From: Magallana gigas
Lineage: Eukaryota
NCBI RefSeq assembly: GCF_963853765.1
Contig: NC_088854.1
Coordinates: 40,796,001 to 40,860,000, forward strand
Direction: 5' to 3'
Length of the DNA stretch: 64,000 nucleotides
Under the pieces are notes generated by a model. It did not search any database. It was not told the DNA's origin and saw only the letters and a list, made by a program, of their open reading frames with translations. Below, piece after piece: positions 55,230 through 64,000 of the stretch. Made by a program: the position numbers and the translations under genes. Numbering within the stretch: position 1 is the stretch's first letter; each line of letters opens with the position of its first letter.

Positions 55230-56706
55230 TTTCCTCCATTTTCTGATTTTGTTTTACTGACTGTTGTCATACCACTGCCCGTTATCTTTCTGGGTAATGT
55301 AAAATTTACCAGCCTTTAAATCAAATAACATAATTCATTCGGTACCCTTTTATCTGTCAAGTTCTGAACCGGAATAAAATATTATATAGGGTTACTAAGA
55401 TCAAGGGTCTGCATTGGAAATCATTTTTTTTAAACGCTAGCAAACGAGGCACATGTTTGTGTTTAACAAAAGCACTTGTTAAACAGGTCTCTTCAATTGC
55501 AACATCAGTCTGATTATTTTGGTGAACTTATGTAAATCTGTCGTAAACGAAATTGCAAAACTGAACAGATGTGTGTATCATTTATTAGTCATAAACTGGT
55601 GTTTGAGTGATACTCCGGGATTCACGTGAATTTGACTGTTTCAAACTTCCTTTATCTTAAAAATCAGATGGGGTCTCGCAGTACTGTGTTGTATCGGGCT
55701 CTGCCGAGTATGCGATTGAATAAACTTATTCATGCTGTTGCATTATAAGGTAAACCTTCAAAGATTATAAAAATGTTACAGCGTGAGTTTTATAGAGTGT
55801 CGAATGAAGAAAATATTTTTAAATTGGTTTGAAAAAAATCCACACATCACTAACCCTCTTTGTGTTGTAATCAATTCTAAAAATAAAACTTAAAGGTATT
55901 TGAAAGGGCCTTTTAAAATAATGATTCAAGTGTATAACGCTTACAGCAAGACATATATTGCAAAAAGTTCCTGCAAAAGGTCTTAACTTTGGAAAGTTAC
56001 TCTTACATCTGCAAAAATCTTGAATATTGTATAGAATGCAATCCTCGTTTGCTGTTTTTCTTTATTTGTGATCATTCAAAGTTGTAAGCCAAGTTTTGTT
56101 AGATATGCCTGGGTATCATCGATTGTTGCTGGAACTTTTGAAGGGTTTCACACTCTCACTCCAAATGATATTAAAATTACCCACTGAGCCAATTCTCAGG
56201 GGTGTTCTCATCCAGATATTGTCCGTCCGTGATGTCCCAAAGGGAGAGTCTGACCGATGGTTTATATATAAGTTCTCTCAGTCTTTTCAATATAATGGGG
56301 TATGACACCTATTCCTCTTAAAGACATCTTCAATACGCTAGGTAATTGGTATGAGACATTGGAATTGTACGTACAAAATCATTCCAATAGAAATTATCCA
56401 TAAATCTTGGGCCCAGTTGATCTATGAGTATTGTGTTAAATGTTGAAAGGTTAAAGTGAATTAATTACATATATTTCTAAGTTAATTTCAATAAACAGTT
56501 ATTCATCGTGTATTATAAAGTAATTAGACACCAAATTAACCAGGGTTTTTTTAAATCTTTTTTTTCAATGTCAATAAAACACATTCAACAATACTTTATT
56601 GACGGATAAATTTCAAAATATAAACAGGTGTTTTCTAAAGTCTATGTACAACAAATAATTCTAAAAATATATCAAACACAATTAAGAATCAGTAATGTAA
56701 GACAAT

Positions 56707-59700
56707 TCAGGGCACAGAGTGAATAAACAGCATTTGTCCATCGTCATAGTTGTTACACACTGAGTTCATGGTTGGAGACCCCGCTACTTGTTGGGGCTTG
56801 AAGAAATTCTTATCTTCATAGTGGTGGGTCACTATTTGAATGAGACAAAAAAGACAATGTTTATTTACAGCAATATGAATTGCAATTTTCATTTCGAAAT
56901 TTTTTAAAAAGGAAATGATATTTTCTGCTAAAATGACAAAAAACATCATGGTTTTTAAATTTCTGTTACCTCTGATTTTGTGGGAAAAGCCACTAAGAAG
57001 CCTTAATTGGAGCAAAATTGAATTATTGTCGTCCTGTACAAACATTTATCTGCTATATATTCCTTATAACTGCAATCTTTCTTCTGACAAAAATTCATGA
57101 TTTTTACAAATCTTATTTATCATAAAAGTATAAGTTACAGGTAGACTTATCATACTGGCAGGTTTTTGCAGCAAAATAAAATTCTAAAAAATACAGCTCA
57201 TATTGCTTTACAGATTCATGATTTATTTTTTTTTTTCATCAAAATAAATGTAATTCACTGTCAAGGATTACATAAATTTCGTTGTTTAATATGATTATTA
57301 GCTATTAATAGATTAATTGTAACATTACTAACTTCTTTCCTATGGAGAATCTTCCATGCATAAATATTACCATTTACTAATATGTCGATGAAAGAGTTTT
57401 ATATGCGATTTTGCTTGTTTAACTGCATGGGATTGTGATGATGAATTTCTAATTTTCATGATCACCTATAATATGAATTCATTCGTGGAGAGAATGATGT
57501 ATACAAAGAGGCCTGAACTTTTTGGGTATTTTGAATTAATATTTGCACAGCTTAAAAATTCTCCAGAGAAATAAGAAGATTCTGAATGGAGATCGTTGAC
57601 AACACGCGATGATGTGATATTTCATTATCACATAGCACAGTCTCTGAGATTGACCTTGAAGTAGCAATGCTTTCTTGGCGTCGAAACAAAATTAATGTGA
57701 AATTGCTTACCCAACGTTTTTAACCCAACACGCCAATTCCTTACTCAACGTTTTTGACCCAACACATCTAGCACGATGGGAAGGGAGTGTGAACCGAAAA
57801 CAATTGGTTTAATTAAAACATAAGAAATCAACTCCCCTAAGCAGCAGTTTGTTTTTGTCTTTTCGGCGCATTCTGTGACATGTGGCATCAATTTGCAAAA
57901 TGTTTGTCCAAACGAGTCGCAAGGCCCGAATTAAAAAAAGGGACAACAAAGGGAAATAAGTATGCAGATTAAGTTCAAACGGAACACAAAGGCTCTTTTG
58001 AATAAGTAACCGAAAAGATGATATAACAATGGTACATAGTCTAAAAATTTCAATTTTCGAGTAAAAAACACTACAACTTTAAGATGCATGCAAGGGAAGT
58101 AAAAAATAGTTATGCAAATATTTAGAATTTAATCTATTTTTGCGGTTGATTCATAGATGGGGATTTTTCATCCGACAAAATAAATCTTTAAAAAATCTTC
58201 TTTTTTTTTGAAAAACTGCATAAAAATAACATTTTTACTTCATTCATCGTAATAGAAGCATGCGTTTAATGGATTTGAAGCGAGATGAAATCTTAAAAAT
58301 GAATAAAATGAATATATACGTCTCAATAATTATTAACTAATAAATGTACAAAACTGATATTACTGTGCAGACGGATCATCATAAGAGTGGAGCCCCCATC
58401 ACTGAACTGTGTGAATAACAGGCATGCCATCCCATTCCCATTTGTAGCCCTAAGATAAATGAACGCAAGATTTAAAAAAAACGAGTACTGGTAGTAATTA
58501 TCAGTGTCTCTAAATCTTCAAAAGAGAACATTTAAAAGATTTACACATAAAAACAACATTAAATACCATAGAAAATATGTATTTTTTTTAAACATGAAAT
58601 AAAACCAAAAAAAATTATCTTTTAATATTAAAATCAGTACAATAGGAAATATATAGTTTTTGTTTTATGAAACAATTTATCAAATGTAACTGCTCAAGGT
58701 AGCAAAATGTTCGAGTGCCTCACAGCTGCTGTCTGATTTTAATAAAGAGTTTAAACGGCCTATTATTAAAGTTTTTAAAAATTACCCAGGACATGATAGT
58801 GTACTTTGCAAAGGTTTCCGTAATTCAGGCCATTACCAGCTGGAAAAACCTGCTACAATTTATCATCAAATCACCCAATTATCACCTAGTTCTCACATTT
58901 TACATTTAATGCCACAGTTAGATATGCCTCCGGGTTTAACATCGATAGAAATCTAGAACTCGTTATTCAAATTTAAAAAAAAATCATTGAAACAGAATAT
59001 GTTTCTACCGGGCATTTTGCAGCCATGAGACCCTATGAATCAGATCAGTTAGTGTTAAAAAGCAAAATTGAAAGTAGAAAACCAAAGACATGAACAACCT
59101 CTGGGCTTGAATTAGCTGATTCAGACTGCATTTATCGGGTATCCAAGCCTCATACTAAGTCAAAGACTAATTAATTTCCACACTTCCCGCCTCTCATCGA
59201 TCGAAACATTTTTCTCTTTTTGTTACTAAACTCACAACGTTTGCTTTTTTTTACACTTATTATCGAACAAGGGAATATAACCAAGTGGTATTTTTCTTCT
59301 CACTTTTTTTTTTGGTGTATTTTGAGTTATGGTCAATTCTAACATACATGGTCATAACTTCCACTCTCACGGGATTGGGATATTGTCGAGTTTATGAGAC
59401 TTTAAGGCAGGCTTAATTTATACGATATCTGAATTGATGTTAAAGTAAATCCACCCTCCTGTGACGTCATACATTTTACATAAACCATGAATTCATTAAA
59501 ATTCTTGCAAGTAGATTTGTAATTTCTATGTTATCATAGGTGCACATCAAAAACTCAAATCATTGTTTACTTGGAGATATTTATTAAGCGTTTTTCATCC
59601 TTATATTCGACATAATCCAATAATGACAAAGGGAAATAACTCTTTATAATCTTTAAGAACGTCCTGGACTCCTTGCCTTTTTAAAATCGTTCTTATTCTG

Positions 59701-61742
59701 CGAATAACTGAGAGTTAAATTAACTTCGTCTTGACTAGCGAAAATGCACGGTGAAAGCTTTAAAGCAAACGTACCTCAGTAGATACTTTTCCTCACTGTA
59801 GTCAAATTGATTACAGGTGTAGTTGTATCGTTGGCCCATAAAATTCACGTCCATTCTTGTGTAGCCAATCGACATGCGCCCAAGTTCCTTTCCATCTTTA
59901 TCTATTACCCAGTTTCCAGCCAAGTTGCGGGAAAAAGAACAGTTTCCTTCAAAAATAGTCAAAATTATTAATTACAGTGCTCAATTTTCGTGGTATACGT
60001 GGGTAGCCCTGTTCCCACGAATTTACATCTTCCATGAAAACTAATTATGAAAATTTTAGTTTTCCTACTGAAACTGAAAACCGAAACATCAACGAAATTA
60101 TATCCCCACAAAAAAATCAAAAATCCTACAATCCACGAAAATTGGCCCTCCCGAAAGTAAATGATTCCACAGTACTTTTTTGTGCACAACTCCTTTTTTT
60201 AACCGGTTGGGTTTTTTTTCACTAAACTTTGCCCAAAAGAAAAAAAATGCTGTGAATAAACATTCATTGACATTTATTTCAAAATACAGAAATAGCATCA
60301 TTTAGATGAGCATATTGCTTATTAGTTATTGTTCAACAAATCGTTCATTCTGATTTGAAGTTCGCGTCCCCATTAAATCATTTTATTCATTATTATGAGG
60401 TAGTGCTGCCTTTCTGAAATGTTTTTTTAGAAACAGTGAAGCATGGACAAGCATTGCACAGGGAAACCCAATTCATGGATGGTCAATAATGAAAACATCA
60501 GATCTTCCTTAAAGCTGCTTGGTCCGATTTTTTTGTAATTACAGTATCAAATTTTTTTCCATACAAATCATTTATCTTAGAAAGTTATGGACTTTCTCCT
60601 ATTTACACCAGCAGAATCAGTCTCCTTTCAAAGTTTGAAATATTCAAAGTAAATAAAATTAATTTTTCTTTGGGCAAACGAAAAAACAAACCAAAATGCA
60701 TCACGGGAATGTTTAGAAAAGGAAACCGCTTGGTTTCGTCCCCTGAATGATTGGGGTTATTCAACCTGCATGCTATGCATCGATTGTAAAGAAAGCAGAC
60801 TTTGGAAATATTAACGAACAAGACGTACACATGTTTATTTGTAATTTGTATGATCATTTCGACCTTTATTTAAAGCGATGTCAAAGTCGTAATACAACCA
60901 TACCCGTCTCGTCGTCAGGGGTGAAATTTAACATGAGGCGAAATAACGCGGTACCTTTTAATGTCGTTTGTTTTGTTAGCAAATTTTGTACGTATTTTTC
61001 TTCATTGAAATTTGGCATAATTGACGGGTAAAACTACTGCAATGTCTATTATTATACATATACTAAGCATAGCCATCGTTTAAAAGCATGCATAAAATCT
61101 GATATAAAATCGGACCAAGCAGCTTTAAACTTTGAAATGTGATGTTTTTTGTCATGAATTTGATAAAGGTAAAATCCAAATATTTTAGCTTAAAAAAATT
61201 AAAAAACATTTTCCTTTATCTTAATATAGAGCTCTTTGTTCAAAGGAGGTAAGTTTAGCCATAAAATGACCACGGCCATCAAGCCCTCTTAAATGCTTGT
61301 TACAGTAAACAAAGGTTGCCAACGTAACTTGAACACTTAGCAACCATATCTAGAGCGGCCATTCAGTAGTCGGTATAGTTTCATGTCTTGTTCGTAACGG
61401 AGAAGAAGAAAAATCAATTGAACGAATTTGTAGCATACAAGGCATGCATGTGACGCAAGATCGAAATGTGAATTAACAATGATGGATAATGAAAGTTTAT
61501 AACAAAAACAGTCTGTAAAACGGGGTTTTGAGAGCCTAGAAATAACCATAGTCTTCAGTGTTTATTAAAAATTGCTGTCCTAGCTTAAAATGCTCATGTG
61601 AGGACCAATTTGTAGCATATGTCGTTTACAGAATCTTTCATTTTAGGATTTCAGAAACAAACGTGTCTTAATTAACCTTACCTTTCACCAACGAGATAAA
61701 GGAAAGAAGAAGAAATGCTCCAACAAATATTCCACCCATCAT
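56707..61742 (-). CDS. Uncharacterised small secreted protein, 147 aa, 4 exons, 4 Cys
   Basis: Exons 61742-61682, 59946-59775, 58449-58364 and 56831-56707 (phases 1, 2, 1; 444 nt) give MMGGIFVGAFLLLSFISLVKG-NCSFSRNLAGNWVIDKDGKELGRMSIGYTRMDVNFMGQRYNYTCNQFDYSEEKYLLRATNGNGMACLLFTQFSDGGSTLMMIRLHMTHHYEDKNFFKPQQVAGSPTMNSVCNNYDDGQMLFIHSVP*. There is a TATA box upstream and a minus-strand AATAAA at 56600-56595. Confidence 0.8.
59973..60174. mobile_element. 5'-degenerate MITE ending TGATTCCACAG-TA
   Basis: Shares cgtgggtagccctgttcccacgaattt and the right terminus with 37539-37690. Confidence 0.55.
60509..61128. mobile_element. Kolobok-like MITE, family 3, in intron 1 of the secreted-protein gene
   Basis: TTAA-AGCTGCTTGGTCCGATTTT...AAAATCGGACCAAGCAGCT-TTAA, a perfect 19-bp TIR. 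Confidence 0.8.
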
Positions 61743-61791
61743 GTTGCTATATAGTACTGGTGATATACACCACAGCATTGGTCCTGTTAGA

Positions 61792-61799
61792 TTTATATA
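61792..61799 (-). promoter_or_regulatory. TATA box of the small secreted-protein gene
   Basis: Minus-strand TATATAAA 50 bp upstream of the ATG at 61742. Confidence 0.55.
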
Positions 61800-64000
61800 T
61801 AGTGAAAACGTCGTGATTATTCGATCAATATTTATCAAATTTAAGCAATACTGTATATATCTATATATCTGATTGCCTGATTATAGCGATCATATGTTCA
61901 GTGTATAAATGGATAATTTCGAGGCACCTTGAAAATACCACTAGGGAAAATCGTGTTTATCAAACTCGCGGTCAAACGTCACATTATTTGTTTACTGGCA
62001 TGACGATGTCTATTTGGTTGCTAAATAGACCAAAATATCGTCAATTATAGAGGAAATATTAGCTCCCTTGCCATATTAAAACAAAGAGAGGACGGTTGTA
62101 GAATACGTGGTAAACATGAACCACCATAAACATTGTAATTACCCTGGCAGCTGGATCGACGGGATAATTACATAATACACCGGTAATTGGATGAAGGTCA
62201 GGTGCGTGTACTGTATCTTGTGGCGACTTGAGGGCAGAAAACCACAGAATTCGTAAGATAGAAATCATCTGATCCCATTATTTACCTGTGTAGATATCAT
62301 GGTGTATCATAACAGGTTCAAAACAACAATAAGACAACATTATATAATCAGTTTCCTGTATCGTCAGATCCACAAGATTTTCATGAACTTATTCTTAGAT
62401 TTATAAATAACTTCAGTATTTTGAAAACTCTATCTGGTTTGCATGAAATCCTTAAATAAATTGTAATTTTTTTGTGGGGGTGGGTGGAGGGAGGGACCCT
62501 TTTAAAGAGAATATTTCATGTACGATATTTATATTTCGTATAACTTCAAACGACACATTGCGATCAAACAATTTCACTCGAGTAACTGTTTAGGAGCTTA
62601 CATTTGAAACGATCAACGTAATCTTCCTGCCCTCCATACGACAAAATGCTTAATTAACGATCAATTAATCAAGAATTAACACTGCAACATGCACGCAAGA
62701 TTAATCTGATTTTACACTGTGTGGTGATATACTGACAAAACTCGAACAAGTACTCTTTCTTTATAAACCATCTTTGTTTATTGGGTGTCAACAACATAAA
62801 AAATTTTTACAATCACAAAATGTAAAACTATGCATTTTTTAAGGCCTTGCGCTTTGAACTGACTCAAATATGCAAAATTGAAACATTTCTTTTATGCGTA
62901 TTCTGTATATGATATATGTAGCTAAATATTGATTTTTGTATTTTTTTTAAGTGGACTTTCGGGTGATTTTGATTTGACTATAAAGAAATTTTTCAGAGAT
63001 GGGTTGTGTTGTAATTATAAGAAAATTTTACCCATTTTGGTGCTGGAGCAATTATCTTAATCAAATGTTCGTTACTTTTTATTTAATAAAGGATCATGAA
63101 ATCTACTATCATATGAAGAAATCTCAAAAACTAAAAAAGTTAAACGTCGTTTTCCAGAAATTTATTTCGCTTAGTATGCATTTGTTTTAATTAACTTGAG
63201 CGGCTTTGAACTTTCTGCTACATAATCGACGTGCTAGGTTGCACAGCGTTTAAAATGAGAAGAATGATATGTGGTTACAATAAAGATAACCTGACAGGTG
63301 TGACCAGGTAAGGGCATGTGTCGGGTGATGACGTCTAAAGGTGTAATTATAGATTAATTTCAGTTTGTTTATTCTGACCCATATTTTATACAACAGATCA
63401 TTTCTTTTTTTAAGTTGTTTTCTTGATTAGAGTTAAATTAGTCTCTATAATTAACGTTTATGTATCTAGAGAACTAAATTAAAATGATCAATTTACAAGT
63501 GAAATGTAAACAAGGAATCTCAGAGGAGGAAATCTGTTATTGTCTAAAGAGAATCAAACGCAAGGTAAAAAAAAAACCCAACAAGTTTAACATTATAAAC
63601 TGCATAATATTGAATACTGCCAGTATCGATTTCAAATTTCCTTACATGTACATGTAGTTATGAAAACATTAAGAAATAAATCATCGCCACTGTCGGTTAT
63701 CGTAAAAAGATAAATTCTGATCTAAAAAAAATAATTTTTATGGATCTCATTAAATGTATATTGTATACGGTATTATGTAGTTCTGGACTTCATACACAGA
63801 CATTTCATTCCTAAATTGCATTGCATACAGTTCATAATTCGCTCTACAGCTACAATTAATTTTCTTCTTCAAATCTCAACGCATTCATCCATGCATAATT
63901 TCATTAATAGTTTCTGTGAATCGATCGAGTCATTTTTGTACTTTTTATCTTAAAAGTTCACGCAACTCTTCAAGTTTGAAAAATAAGTTGTTGTTTTTTC

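Noticed and set aside
58715-58960. Open + strand frames inside intron 2 of the secreted-protein gene
   Set aside because: No reliable start or splice pair and no recognisable similarity.

Overview
AT-rich eukaryotic, intron-containing DNA, most likely from an ostreid oyster (Crassostrea/Magallana-like). This is inferred from gene content and repeat structure, not from a database search. Manual splice reconstruction (GT-AG, phase-consistent) gives these genes from left to right: the last exon of a C-type lectin (+); a secreted Sushi(CCP)+Kunitz protein (-) head-to-head with UFM1 (+); lysosomal Pro-X carboxypeptidase PRCP (-, 9 exons) head-to-head with signal peptidase subunit SPCS3 (+, 5 exons); three paralogous class A peptide-receptor-like GPCRs (+,+,-); and a 4-exon gene for a 147-aa secreted four-cysteine protein (-) that the ORF track shows only in fragments. 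Introns and intergenic DNA hold many non-autonomous elements: TTAA-flanked Kolobok-like MITEs, Tc1/mariner- and hAT-like MITEs, two Helentron-type (HINE) elements with internal tandem arrays, tRNA-derived SINE remnants and microsatellites. There are two assembly gaps. No prokaryotic-type system (CRISPR, defence island) is supported. The most interesting candidates are the GPCR cluster, whose C-terminal tail sits on a separate exon behind a donor that overlaps a stop codon; the small orphan secreted protein; and the Sushi-Kunitz protein with an extra cysteine pair.
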